From assembly GCA_000004695.1 (NCBI GenBank), contig CM000155.2, positions 64,001-128,000 of the forward strand: DNA of 64,000 bases, in the 5' to 3' direction. The DNA comes from Dictyostelium discoideum. Lineage: Eukaryota. Positions 47,786-60,158 of this stretch are shown piece by piece; the stretch's first letter is position 1, and each line of letters begins with the position of its first letter. The notes beneath the pieces were generated by a model that saw only the letters and a list, made by a program, of their open reading frames with translations, was not told where the DNA came from and searched no databases. The translations under genes and the position numbers were made by a program.

Positions 47786-48507
47786 AAAATTAAATTAGTA
47801 ATTTATTATTATTATTATTTTTTATACTATTACATACATTTAGGGTTGAATTGAATTGAATTTTCAATTAGAATATCAATTAATCGATGAAGATGAATAT
47901 TATTATTATTTAATAATAAAATTTTATCAATTAATGATGCTATAGTTGTTAAACCTTGATTAGTACTTTCTTTTGATGTCTTTATAAATAATTTATAAAG
48001 ATCCAAGTCATTATAACTATTATCTTCATTTGTTGTTGTACTTGTTGTTGTACTTGTTGTATTTGGAGTTGATAATGATTCATGAACTAATTGATTAACA
48101 AAATTAGATTCTTCTTTAGGAATGAAAATTGATTTAAATGATAATGCTACATGATGAATAAGTTTTAGATCATTCATAAGTAATTTCTTTAATTCTGATA
48201 CAACCATTGAAAATTCTTGTGTGGTTGGATTAATTCCAACATAGTCCCAAATATATTTAATTATTATTCTTGGATTATTATAATGTTTTAAAAATTTAAT
48301 TATTAAATCAATGCTTTCATTAGATTGAATAGTTTTACTACTCCAGTACTTTAAAATTGAATCAACATATTCATCATTTAAATTTTCATTATTATTATTT
48401 TTATTATTTTTATTTTTATTTTTATTATTTTCAATTATTCTATCTAATAATTTATTTAATTGTTCTATATTATTATTTTTATTATCTTTAGTTTTATAAA
48501 GATCCAT
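46992..48507 (-). CDS. Hypothetical protein (poly-Q, N-rich), at least 2 exons; possibly the 5' part of the downstream low-complexity gene
   Basis: A real ATG at 48507 starts MDLYKTKDNK. Exon 1 runs to about 47850, where ...FNPK meets a perfect GTATGT donor. A second coding block (about 47745..46992) is encoded partly by (TTG)n read as poly-Gln. It reads ...IDYLIEKQHQINSKLEGIDFKSFSIDLLIKLVTKDLL...QQQQ...EEEDEMYDSY.... The annotated stop at 46992 may be bypassed by a GTATGA donor that joins to the 46985 ORF. Splice positions are not resolved. Confidence 0.4.
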
Positions 48508-48531
48508 TTTATTTTTATTTTATTTTTTAAC

Positions 48532-48563
<32 letters not shown>

Positions 48564-48762
48564 ATGAAGTGATATACCCTTATTCGATTTCTGAAAATTG
48601 TCGATAATGATTTTTTTTTTTTTAAAAAATAAAATATTTTTTTTTATAAAAAATTTTTTTATTTTTTTTTTCATTTAAAATTTTTTTTTATTTTCGTTTT
48701 TCGTCAAAAAAAAAAAAAAAAAAAAAAAAATAGAAAAGTCAAAATAAAGAAAAAGTCAAAAT

Positions 48763-49905
48763 ATGGAAAATAATAATAATAATAATAATAATAATAATTT
48801 AAATAATATAAGTATAGAAATATTTTCACCGCAAAAAAGGTTACCATTAAAACATACAATATCACAGACAACTAAAAATGATAATAAAATAAAAAAAGAG
48901 AGTAATTTAAAGAGTGAACAAAATGATAAAGATATGTTAAATGTTGATGAAATAAAACAAGAAGATGGAGTAGATGGTGATGATGATGATGAAATGGATA
49001 ATGAATTATTTCAAAGTAAAAAATTAGTAATTACAGGTCAAACAATATCAAGAGAAGGTGAATATTTAAAAGGACATGGCACATTTAACGATGGCAGTGG
49101 TAGTTTAGTAGCATCAGTTTGTGGTACATTAGATAAAGTCGACAGATTGGTGTCTGTAAAAGCATTGAAATCGCGTTACCACGGCGAAGTGGGCGACATC
49201 ATCGTAGGTAGAATCACAGAGATCACATCAAAGCGTTGGAAAGTCGACGTAAACTCACGTTTGGATTACATTCTAATGTTGTCAGCCATCAATTTGCCAG
49301 GCGGCATTCAAAGACGTCGTACATCAGCCGACGAGCTACAAATGAGATCCTTCTTTGTTGAGAATGATTTAGTTTATGCAGAGGTTCAAATGGTGATGGG
49401 CGATGGTTCGGTGGCAATTCACACTCGTAATCAAAAGTATGGTAAATTGCAAAATGGCCATTTCACAAAGGTCATCCCATCATTGATTAAACGTTCCAAA
49501 CAACATTTCTATAATTTAGAATGTGGTGTAGATGTAATTTTAGGTGTCAATGGCTATATTTGGATTGCAGATTCTGAGCAACAAAAAAATCAACAACAGT
49601 TCATTCAAAAACATGAAAAAGAACCAACTTTCGATCCAAGTATCCCTTTGATAATACCCGATGAAATTAAACAAGTCTCAAAGGAATCAAGAGATCGTAT
49701 TGCTCGTGTAAAAAATTCAATCTCTCTCTTGGAGAAAGGTTTCCTCTTAATTCATCAAAAATCAATTATGAACGTTTATAAATTATCTTTAAAAATGAAA
49801 TTACAATCAAAAGATTTATTACACCCACAATATATTAAACAAATTTTAACTGTTTTATCGACAACTGATTATGATAATGATGATAATAATGAAAATGATC
49901 AATAA
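48763..49905 (+). CDS. rrp4: Exosome complex component Rrp4 (EXOSC2), S1 + KH domain RNA-binding cap subunit
   Basis: Single exon, ATG at 48763, 380 aa. The S1/KH core matches Rrp4 closely. One block reads LVITGQTISREGEYLKGHGTF...LVASVCGTLDKVDRLVSVKALKSRYHGEVGDIIVGRITEITSKRWKVDVNSRLDYILMLSAINLPGGIQRRRTSADELQMRSFFVENDLVYAEVQ. A second reads AIHTRNQKYGKLQNGHFTKVIPSLIKRSKQHFYNLECGVDVILGVNGYIWI. The N-terminus has a poly-N and acidic extension. Confidence 0.9.
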   Translation: MENNNNNNNNNNLNNISIEIFSPQKRLPLKHTISQTTKNDNKIKKESNLKSEQNDKDMLNVDEIKQEDGVDGDDDDEMDNELFQSKKLVITGQTISREGEYLKGHGTFNDGSGSLVASVCGTLDKVDRLVSVKALKSRYHGEVGDIIVGRITEITSKRWKVDVNSRLDYILMLSAINLPGGIQRRRTSADELQMRSFFVENDLVYAEVQMVMGDGSVAIHTRNQKYGKLQNGHFTKVIPSLIKRSKQHFYNLECGVDVILGVNGYIWIADSEQQKNQQQFIQKHEKEPTFDPSIPLIIPDEIKQVSKESRDRIARVKNSISLLEKGFLLIHQKSIMNVYKLSLKMKLQSKDLLHPQYIKQILTVLSTTDYDNDDNNENDQ

Positions 49906-50037
49906 AATAAAATAAATAAAATAAATAATTTTTTTTAAAAAAAAAAAAAAAAAAAAAAACACTATAATTATTAGTTTGTTTTAAATTATAATATTTATAT
50001 TTTTGTTTATATAGGATCGCAATCTCTTTTATTATTA

Positions 50038-51324
50038 TTATTTTTTTTCAAATAAAGTTATTGCACCTTCATATATTAAAAAGTTTATGCTAACTGTTGG
50101 AATTACTTTTAAATATGCTGGTCTAATACCTTTATATAATGCTGAAATTCCTTCAGTTTTTGTAATTTTAATTATTGCGTCTATAAAATTTTTATATATT
50201 GGTAATTGATTTCTATCAAAATGTTGTAACATTATTCTTCTTTTTACAACATCTAATGGATATAAAACTTTTTTTTTTTTTTTTTTTTTTTAAAATAAAT
50301 TAGTATAAGCAACTTTTTTAAAAAGAAAAAGTTAATAAAATAATACCTACTTGTCATAGTTAAGCCACCAGATATTGCACCATAAATTGAAGGAGCATAT
50401 AATGGAGGTGATTTTAAAATGTATTGTTGAGTTTTTTCTTTTATAGTTTCATAAAATGTAAAGTTTAAAGCTGCAAATGGTGCTATATTTAAAATTCCTG
50501 CACTTAAACCTCTAAAGAAACCAATGATACCTAAATCTCTATAAATTCCTTTTGTAACATTCTTAATTGTCGCTGCAGTGGGTGCACTGTTTATTTGTTT
50601 GTTTGTTTGTTTGTTTGTTTGTTTGTTTGTTTGTTTGTTTGTTTGTTTGTTTGTTTGTTTGTTTGTTTGTTTGTTTGTTTGTTTGTTTGTTTGTGTGATG
50701 AGAGGTATGTTAGTCTTTCCCACATATTTTAGAATAAACAATGAAAAAAAAAAAGAGAGATAGAGAGGGTGTAGTGCTTGTTTGTATGTATGTATATTTA
50801 ACATACATAACAGTGATATGAGTTTTAATGACATCCAATGGATGAGTTAATGCAACTGAAACTACACCAGATGAAGCACCAGCCCACATCCTATTGATAA
50901 CACTTATTGAACCATCAGGTTCTGATGCCATCCTTTTAAATGCACCATATGAATAGAATCTAATAGCTGATTGTGGTCCTGCCTTTATAATGTTTACAAA
51001 GTTACCTCTAAATAATCCAGCTATACCTTCCTCTTTAATTATCACTTTGAATGCTGGTATTATCCTATTATATTTAGTTCCATCCTTTAATATCACTTCA
51101 ACTTGATTCAATATCTTTATTCTTTCTAATGGTGCTGTTAATGTTCTTGATACTATACCTGCTATTAATCCTGAAAAAAAGTCATTACTATGAAATAATG
51201 TTGATGATTTTGTTGTTGTTGCCGTTGTCGTTGTCGTTGTTGTCGAATTATTTAAATTATCATTTTTATTGTTATTATTTTGATTATTATTTTGGTTATT
51301 ATTATTTTGATTATTGATGACCAT
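50038..51324 (-). CDS. Mitochondrial substrate carrier family protein (three MCF repeats); 3 exons
   Basis: Model: complement(join(50038..50267,50351..50586,50807..51324)), 327 aa. Exon 1 has an N-rich N-terminus and repeat 1 (LIAGIVSRTLTAPLERIKILNQV ... GLFRGNFVNIIKAGPQSAIRFYSYGAFK ... THPLDVIKTHITV). Exon 2 carries repeat 2 (GIYRDLGIIGFFRGLSAGILNIAPFAALNFTFYE). Exon 3 carries repeat 3 (YPLDVVKRRIM ... GISALYKGIRPAYLKVIPTVSINFLIYE). Donors are GTATGT and GTAGGT. Intron 1 (50587..50806) contains (CAAA)26. The carrier subtype is not assigned. Confidence 0.8.
50592..50692. repeat. (TTTG)n tetranucleotide microsatellite, about 26 units, inside intron 1 of the mitochondrial carrier gene
   Basis: Direct reading shows gtttgtttgttt... 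The ORF track translates it as (TNKQ)n, but the MCF repeat alignment and the GTATGT/AAACAG splice sites place it in the intron. Confidence 0.85.
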
Positions 51325-52086
51325 TTGATTTCGCTTAAAACTCTAAAAAAAAAAAAAAAAAAAAAAATTAAAAAAAAAAAAAAAATCAACATGCTTTTTT
51401 AATTTTGATAATTCACAAACATTTCAAATCACTTTTTTTTTTTTTTTTTTTTTCTAATTTGTTTTGTTAAACAAAAACAAAAACAAAAACAAAAAGAAAA
51501 AAGTAAAAAAAAAAAAAAAAAAAAAATAGAGGGCATATAAAAATTTAAATGATAATTATCATTTAGATTTTTATTATAATTTTTTTTTTTTTTTTTTTTT
51601 TTAGTGTCTTAATTAAATTTATTTTAAAACTATTTTATTTTAAATTGATTATTACTTTAATTAGTATTGTTTTTAAAAATTCATTTTTTTTTAATTTTTA
51701 TTTTTTATTTTTTAATTTTTTTAAATCTTATTCAAAAATAAATAAAAAATAAAATAAAAATAAAAAAAAAATAAAAAAAAAATAAAAAAAAAATAAATGA
51801 ATTTTTTTAAAAAATTTTCTGAAATTTCCTTTATAGGACTGTGGGGATATTTTTTTTTATTTTTATTTTTTATGAAAATATGCAAACTTAAAAAACTATT
51901 TAAATGAATTTACAATTTTTTTTTTTTTTTTTTTTTTTTCATTAATAAATAATAATTAAAATTTGCATATATAAAAGAAATAAAAATTTTTTATTTTTTG
52001 TAAACATATTATTTTCTGTAAATAAATCATATAATTTTTCAACATACATATATATATATATATTTTTAAAATAAAATAAAATAAAA

Positions 52087-54838
52087 ATGTCATTTAATCC
52101 AGAAGAATTTACTGATAAAACAAATACAATTTTGTTAAGAACTCAAGAATTGGCAAGAGAAAAATCAAATGTACAATTAGCACCAATACATTTGGCTGTT
52201 ACATTATTAAATGATGAAGATAATTTAGCAAAATCTATATTTGAAAAAGCTGGTGGAGATGTACCAAAAATTGATGCTGGTTTTAAAAGATTATTAGCCA
52301 AACAACCTGTTCAAAATCCAGTACCACCGTAAGTACTTATTTTTTCAATTAATTTTTTTTTTTTTTTCATATTATTCTTATATTAACCTTATTATTTTTT
52401 TTTATAATTTTTAATTTAGTGAAATTTCTCCAAATTCATTATTTTTACAAGTTTTAAGATCAGCAGCACGTCATCAAAAGAATAATGGTGATTCTCATTT
52501 AGCAGTTGACCATTTAATATTGGGATTATTGGATGATAGAGATATATTATCAGTATTGGGAGATGCTGGTGCAACCAAAGAACAAGTTATACAAGCAGTT
52601 AAAGAGATTAGAGGAAATAAAAAGATTACAAGTAAAACTGCAGAATCTACCTATGAAGCATTATCAAAATATGGTTATGATTTGGTTTCACAAGCACAAG
52701 AGGGTAAATTAGATCCTGTAATTGGTAGAGATGAAGAGATTCGTCGTGTTATTAGAGTACTTTCCAGAAGAACCAAAAACAATCCAGTTTTGATTGGTGA
52801 ACCTGGTGTTGGTAAAACTGCAGTTGTTGAAGGTTTAGCACAACGTATTGTACGTGGTGATATTCCTGATAATTTGAATGCACGTGTTATAGCATTGGAT
52901 ATGGGTGCATTAATTGCCGGTGCAAAGTATCGTGGTGATTTTGAAGAACGTTTAAAAGCTGTACTTAAAGAAGTTAAAGATTCAAATGGTGGTATCATTT
53001 TATTCATTGATGAAATCCATTTGGTATTGGGTGCTGGTAAAACCGATGGTGCAATGGATGCTGCAAACTTATTGAAACCAATGTTGGCAAGAGGTGAACT
53101 TCGTTGTATTGGTGCTACAACATTGGATGAATATCGTCAATACGTCGAAAAGGATCCAGCATTTGAACGTCGTTTCCAACAAGTGTTTGTAAATGAACCA
53201 ACAGTAAATGATACCATTTCAATTCTTCGTGGTCTTAAAGAGCGTTATGAAACTCATCATGGTGTTAGAATTACCGATAACGCTTTAGTGGTTGCTGCTC
53301 AATTGTCTCATCGTTACATTACCAATCGTTTCCTTCCTGATAAAGCAATCGATTTGGTTGATGAAGCTTGTGCCAATACTAGAGTTCAATTAAATTCTCA
53401 ACCAGAGGCAATTGATAATCTTGAACGTCGTAGACTTCAATTGGAGGTTGAATCGGCTGCACTTGAAAAAGAAGAAGATGATGCTTCAAAACAAAGATTA
53501 AAAGCTGTTCAAGAGGAACTCAATCAAATCAAGGATGAACTTCAACCACTCGAAGCAAAATATCAAAAAGAAAGATCAAGAGTCGATAAAATTCGAGAAC
53601 TTAGAAAGAAGCTCGAAGATATTAAAGTTAAACTTTCAGATGCTGAAAGAAGATATGATACCTCTGCTGCCGCTGATTATCGTTACTTTGTAATTCCAGA
53701 TTTAGAGAAACAAATTGAAGTTTGTGATAAAGAAAGAAAGGAAAATAAAAAGGATGCAATGGTTAGTGAAGTTGTAACACCGGAACAAATTGCTGATGTT
53801 GTCTCACGTTGGACTGGTATTCCAGTAAGTAAATTAAGTCAAACAGAGAAACAACGTCTCTTATCATTGGCTGATCATCTTCATAATAGAGTCGTTGGTC
53901 AAGATGAAGCTGTAGATGCAGTTGCCGATGCTGTATTACGTAGTAAGAGTGGTTTGGCAAGAGAGAATCAACCATTGGGATCTTTCTTATTCTTGGGTCC
54001 AACTGGTGTTGGTAAAACTGAATTGGCAAAAGCATTGGCATTGGAATTGTTTGATGATGAATCTCATATGGTTAGAATTGATATGAGTGAATATATGGAA
54101 CAACATTCGGTTTCTCGTTTAATTGGTGCTCCACCAGGTTATGTAGGTTATGATCAAGGTGGTCAATTAACTGAAGCCGTCAGAAGAAGACCATACAGTG
54201 TAGTATTGTTTGATGAAGTTGAAAAAGCTCATCAACAAGTTTGGAATGTTCTCTTACAAGTATTGGATGAAGGTCGTCTTACCGATGGTCAAGGTAGAAC
54301 CGTAGATTTCTCAAATGTTGTTATCATTATGACCTCAAATTTAGGTAGTCAATACATCCTTGGTGAACAAGCAAACAAAGAAGGTGGTAACAACTCTTTA
54401 TCACAAGCTTGTAAAGATAAAGTCATTGATGAAGTTAGAAAACATTTCCGTCCAGAGTTTTTAAATCGTCTCGATGATATAATTGTCTTTACTCCATTGA
54501 GTAAAGAAAACCTTCATAGTATTATTACTCTTCAATTAAGATCCGTCGAAAAGAGATTAGAAGATCAAAATATGTCTTTAAAGATTTCAAACGATGCTTT
54601 AGATTCAATTATCAATGCTGCATATGATCCAATCTTTGGTGGTAGACCATTGAAACGTTACATTGAAAAGAATATTGTCACTGAACTTAGTAAACTCATC
54701 CTTGGTGGTAAATTAAAAGAAAATCAAGGTGTTGTTGTCAATGAAAAAGATCATCATCTCAACTTTGATATTATAGATTTAAAACAACAACAACAACGTC
54801 CAGCTTCTCCAACCAAAAAACAAAAAACTATTAAATAA
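52087..54838 (+). CDS. ClpB/Hsp104 family AAA+ protein disaggregase (two nucleotide-binding domains, coiled-coil middle domain), cytosolic type; 2 exons
   Basis: Model: join(52087..52328,52420..54838), 886 aa. Exon 1 is the N-domain ([43 protein letters not shown]...QPVQNPVPP). The donor is GTAAGT and the acceptor TTTAG. Exon 2 has NBD1 with Walker [19 protein letters not shown] and Walker [10 protein letters not shown] coiled-coil M-domain follows (about 53390-53760). NBD2 has Walker [16 protein letters not shown] and sensor LFDEVEKAH. The C-terminal small domain is present. There is no presequence, which argues against mitochondrial Hsp78. Confidence 0.92.
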
Positions 54839-54974
54839 AAAAAAATAAAAAATAAATAAAATCTATCTGTTTTTTTAAAATTAAAATATATATTTACAAG
54901 TTTATTTATTTTTTACATAATATCAATAATAAATTATTATCTATTATTATTATTATTATTAATTATTATTATTA

Positions 54975-55760
54975 TTATTTTGATTGTATTAATATTAAAC
55001 CACTCCAATTAAAAAAACTTTGAGTAATACTAATAGATTTTAAACCTTTAAGAACTACATTTGATTTACAATAAATTTGATCATTTGTTAATCTACCTTC
55101 AATTGGTTCACATTCAATTCCTCCTATTGATAGTGTATCGATAGGTTTGTTTGAATTAAAATTACCAACTAATAAATATAATTGTGAATTATCATATTCT
55201 TTTAAAGTAATAAAATAAACTTCTGTGACATAAATTTGAATATAATCACAGTTATTACCAACATATCCATAATTACAATGACATATTCCTGTATTTCTAA
55301 TTTAATTTTTTTAAAAAAAATAATAATAATAATAATAATAATATAAAAAAAACATATATTAGTATAATTGTTTTAAATATTTATATATATATATATATTA
55401 TATATATATATTATTTTTACATACTCGTCAGAAAAACCATTTTCGCAAGAATAAGGAATTCGATTTTGATAAGATACAGCTAGACCAGGTAAGAAAAACA
55501 CAATAAAATCATTTTGGAATATTGATGTAGTGAAAGATGCAGGAACACTTAAAATGTTACCATTATTAAAAGTTTTAAAACTATTACTTATGCTACAACT
55601 GAAACGAGAATCTGAAAGTGAATGTTTAATACATTCTTGACCATCCAAAGTAAAAATTAAATTTGAAAAATTCGAACCAAATGAATGTCCAATTACATCA
55701 AGATTTGTTGTATCCTTGATTGTAACTGAACTTGCCACTGGAACATTTGGATTCGTATTT
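54975..55760 (-). CDS. Putative secreted EGF-like-domain protein (partial model; 5' end/start codon unresolved)
   Basis: Two minus-strand exons are joined by a GTATGT donor (after ...CENGFSD) and a TTAG acceptor, about complement(join(54975..55296,55419..55760)). The downstream exon encodes an EGF-like Cys pattern (NTGICHCNYGYVGNNCDY) followed by a beta-rich segment (...IGGIECEPIEGRLTNDQIYCKS...). The upstream exon continues in frame through a very hydrophobic T-rich stretch with no in-frame ATG. A possible signal-peptide start (ATGCCAAAAATTTTAATTTC at about 55935) is out of frame. Confidence 0.35.
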
Positions 55761-56166
55761 AATCCTAAAACTATTATTATTAAAATTATTATTATTATTG
55801 TTATTATTTTATATAAAGTTAATAAAGGGAAAAATAAAAAAATAAAAAAATAAAAAAAAGAAAAGGTGGAAATTTCTTACCCTTTGAAATTGGAAATTAA
55901 AAGGAAATTAAAGAAATTAAAATTTTTGGCATATATTTTATTTTAAAACAAATTTTTTTTTTTTTTTTTTTGAAGAAAAGGAAAAAAAAAAATAAAAAAT
56001 TAAAAATTTAAAATAAAAACCCTAAAATTTGTTTTGAAAAAAAAATAATTATTATAAATTTTTTTTTTTTTTTTTTTTTTACCAATTACAACTAATATCT
56101 TATTTTAATAATTATAATATATCTAAATTTTTTTTTAAAAACACCACATTGTTTAAAATTAATTTG

Positions 56167-56202
<36 letters not shown>

Positions 56203-56344
56203 TTTTTTTTTTTTTTCACTGTAATCAATTCGTTTTTTTTAATTTTTTAATTTTTTAATTTTTTTTTTTTTTTATTTTTTTTTTTCATTTCTCAATTTTT
56301 TTTTTTTATTTCAATCAAACACAAATAATTAAAGATCTACAACA

Positions 56345-56716
56345 ATGGGTCAAGATAGAGACGATAATCCATATAAACTTTCACCACGTTATAGAAACAA
56401 GGCACCAGTTATCAGAAACCCTAAATTTGATTGTATAGAACTTTTCAGTAAACTTGGTTCATGTCTTTCTAAAAGTGGTTTTGATATATCAAAATGTGCA
56501 CCTCAACTTGCATTAGTTAATGATTGTAAAAAACAAGCTGTAAGTTTAATATACTATTATAGCTGTTTCAAATATTTTGTTTAATATGATTTTTTTTTTA
56601 TAGAATTACTAACTTTTTTTTATGGGGAAAAATAGAAAATTGTAAGACGTGTTTCACCATTTGGTTTCCATTTCAATAGAATCGTTTCAAATAAATTTAA
56701 AATTCCAATTCCATAA
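56345..56716 (+). CDS. Small twin-Cx9C (CHCH-domain) protein, possible mitochondrial intermembrane-space / mitoribosomal (MRP10/mS37-like) protein; 2 exons
   Basis: Model: join(56345..56539,56636..56716), 93 aa. Exon 1 reads MGQDRDDNPYKLSPRYRNKAPVIRNPKFDCIELFSKLGSCLSKSGFDISKCAPQLALVNDCKKQA, containing two CX9C pairs (C-IELFSKLGS-C and C-APQLALVND-C). The donor is GTAAGT, the intron 96 nt, and the acceptor AATAG. Exon 2 reads KIVRRVSPFGFHFNRIVSNKFKIPIP. The acceptor choice is inferred. Confidence 0.5.
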
Positions 56717-56924
56717 TTTAATAAAAAAATATATAAAAAAAAAAAAAAAACAGAAAAAGATAAAATAAAATAAAATTAAAGATGATAATAAAAATTTAAG
56801 ATTTAAAAAAAAAAAAAGGAAAAAAAGATAAAAATAAATAAAAAAAAAGATAAAAATAAAGAAAAAGAAAAAGAAAACAGACTTTTTTTTTTTTTTTTTT
56901 GTAATTATTTATTTATTTATTATT

Positions 56925-57433
56925 TTAAGGTTGAATAGTTAAAATGATTGGATATAAAGTTTTGGATTTTGGATTTTGAATAAAAGCAAATCCTTTTGGT
57001 GAATAATTCTTTTCAGTTGATAAATTATGAAGACGAATGAAATCAACAGCAGAACAAAAACCAACTCCACTACCAAAACCTCTAACTAATGATTGTTCAC
57101 CATTGGTAACGTATCCAATTGGTTTTCTAGTCATTTCATCATAATACTTATAAAGTTGATCAATTGTATTTGGCATATTATTTTTTGTTAATTTTGGTGT
57201 TATCAGTTCAATTGGTTTATAATCTCTTTTATAGTATTTATATGATAATAATTGAATATCTGATTCCAAAGGTTCATAAATTATTGAATTTGGTAATGGT
57301 TTACCACGATTAAACATTTTAATACTAACTCTAACCAATCCTCTATCATTCGCTTCATTAATAGTTTCTTGATTAAATGGAATATTTATATTATCTAATT
57401 TTTATAAATTATTATTAATATTATTATTATTAT

Positions 57434-57498
<65 letters not shown>

Positions 57499-59655
57499 AA
57501 AAAAATAATACATTACTTTTCATAATTGGATAATTTGAAGGTTCTAAAAGTGATAGGGCTAATTTACCTCTATATACAAAGTATGGTTGTGGTGATAAAA
57601 TTAATTCGCCATCAGTACCAATTATATTTTTTAATTTTTTAGATTTATGTTCTTCTTGATTTGATTTTTTAGAGGTTGTTATTGTTGTATCATTTTGTTG
57701 TGGTTGTTTTGATGATGGTTGATTAAAATCCAAAATTTCATTTTTATTATATCTTAAAATCCAATTCCAACAAGGTCTAAATGGAAAGAAAACTGAATTT
57801 TTTAAATAATTTATTCTTTTTGAAGGTGGTGTTTTTTTAAATTTTTGTTCTAAAACTGTGGTTGTCATATCATAATAGGAATCACATGATTTTGAATCTG
57901 GATAATCTCTTGGAAAACTTGGTAAACCTTGTTCCAAAAGCATTCTATCTCTATCCTCTAAACCAATTGACCATGCACCAGCATAAATTAAAGGTATCCA
58001 AAATGCTAAACCCCAACCACCTGGTACAATTATATCCCAACCTGATCCATATCCTCTTGTTAATCCACCATCCCTTTGAATTAACATAATTGTTGGTGTC
58101 GATGGTGGTAATTGATTTTTGGTAGTGCTATTATCATCTTTAATAAATGAATTTTTTTGATCATTTAAATCTTTAATTCTTTTTCTTCTTTCATTTACTT
58201 TATGATTTTCTTCAATATTCTTTGACATATATGATCTCTTTTCTTCATCCCAAAGCTCTGATACTGCTACTTGTTTACAAATTTTATTCCAATTAACTAT
58301 GATTTGATTTATTGAATGATTAATTTTAGTGGTGGTGGTAGTAGAATCTTTAATATTTGGTTTTGCAATTGATCTAACTTGAAGTGCAACCTCTTCTGGT
58401 ATTCTACAAACTAATCTTGGATCATGAACTCTTAATGAAATAACAGTACCTTTTGGTAATGTTGCAGGTGTTCTTAATGTATTTAATAAACTCCAAACTT
58501 GATTTGATTCCAATTGATCTTTATTTTCATTATTTTGTTGTTGTTGTTGATTTAAATATAAAATTGAATTTAATATTGAGTGTGATTTTGAACCTGTTAA
58601 TTCAAATCTTTGTAATTGTTGCTCCAAGTTATTAATATTCACTAATAATTAATTAATTAATAATTAATAAATTTATTTATTAATTTATTTTAATAATACA
58701 ATAATAATAATATTTTAAACTTACAATTAAATTGACTTGCACTTTTTTCAAAAATAAAAGTAATTTCATTTAATGCTGCTGGATGAATCCAAACCCAAAT
58801 TTTTCTTTGATTGTCATTATTGTTGTTGTTATTATTATTATCTTGTTGTTTCCATAAATATTTAGCAGGACAAATAAAATGAAATGGAAACCTGTCAATA
58901 TAATAAATATCAATTGTACCTTCTCTTGAACCTGTTAAATAAGATTTATTTGAAATTGGAGTTGAATTTGGATCTGTTATGGTTGAAAAGAAATTTATGA
59001 TATTTGATTCTAAACCTGTGATTTCAATGCACTGATAGTATGAACAATCATATAATGTACAAAAATGTGAAGATGCTCTAAAAGTTGATCTAACACCTTT
59101 ACCATTGATTGATTTAGCAATCTTATGTCCCCAAATACTTAACATCTTCATCCTTTTTGCATGCCAAATATGTGTCTCTAACCATTTAAATGTTTTTTGT
59201 CTTCTTTCATAATCTCTTAATAAATAAGCTGGTCTTCTCTTTGCTTTTCTAACAACTGTTTTCTCTCTTAATAATTTACCACCTTCCGATTTATTAGTTT
59301 GTGCTGATTTTTCAATCTAAAAAATTAAATAATTATTAATAAAACAATATATGTATATATCAGCGGTTGTAATAAATATAAATTATATACTTACTTCATT
59401 TTGTGCTCTTTTTCTTAAATGGACTGGTAATCTGTAAACATTATGACTCATTGTTCTTCTTCTAAGATAACGAGGTAAACTTTGAAATGCTCTTGTATTA
59501 CTCTTTTTGGTGGTAATAGCTTTGAGGAATTGATTGATCTCTGATTTTCTTGAATTTACATAGGATAAAACACTCAAAGATGCTGGTGCTCTAAAATCCT
59601 TTTTCTTCATGTCAGTTGAATCTTTATATTTTTCATTTCCATCATTATTATCCAT

Positions 59656-59658
<3 letters not shown>
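56925..59658 (-). CDS. pop1: Ribonuclease P / MRP protein subunit Pop1; 4 exons
   Basis: Model: complement(join(56925..57394,57517..58641,58725..59316,59395..59658)), 816 aa in frame. Exon 1 is the POP1 N-domain (MMDNNDGNEKYKDSTDMKKKDFRAPASLSVLSYVNSRKSEINQFLKAI...RAFQSLPRYLRRRTMSHNVYRLPVHLRKRAQNE). Exon 2 continues with ...THIWHAKRMKMLSIWGHKIA.... Exon 3 carries the POPLD domain (GYGSGWDIIVPGGWGLAFWIPLIYAGAWSIGLEDRDRMLLEQGLPSFPRDYPDS). Exon 4 is the C-terminus (...GYVTNGEQSLVRGFGSGVGFCSAVDF...). Donors are GTAAGT, GTAAGT and GTAATG, and acceptors TTAG, ATTAG and ATTAG. Confidence 0.88.
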
Positions 59659-59691
<33 letters not shown>

Positions 59692-59983
59692 AATCTTCCT
59701 ACAATCTGTGAAATGACAAAAAAAATGTAATAATAAAAAAAAAAACTGATTTCGTAATAATTTCTTGAAAAACAATGAAATATCAAAAAAAAAAAAAAAA
59801 AAAATAAAAATGATCAGTTTTTTTTTTTTTTTTTGTCGTCTATTTTTAATTTTTTTATTTTTTTTTCTTTAAAAATTATTAATTTTATTGTATTATTATT
59901 ATTTATTTATTTTTATTGTTTTTTTTTTTTTTAAAAAAATTCACAAATAAATTAATTTAAATTATTTTGTAAAGAATAAGAAA

Positions 59984-60098
59984 ATGGATTTTGCATCAAG
60001 TGAAATTTTATTTTTTAAAATAATTAGAAATACATATCTTTTTAAAAAAATTTTAAATCATTTAAATACAACTAATAAATATTATAAATACTATAATG

Positions 60099-60158
<60 letters not shown>

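Noticed and set aside
50253-50834. ORF-track protein with (TNKQ)n repeat and MSLKLISLLCML N-terminus
   Set aside because: It merges MCF exon 2 with intron 1; the (CAAA)n array and the N-terminal part are intronic once aligned to the carrier repeat.
52675-54041. Antisense ORFs (110 and 92 aa) within hsp104
   Set aside because: They are opposite-strand frames of a long conserved coding exon, and I recognise no motifs in them.
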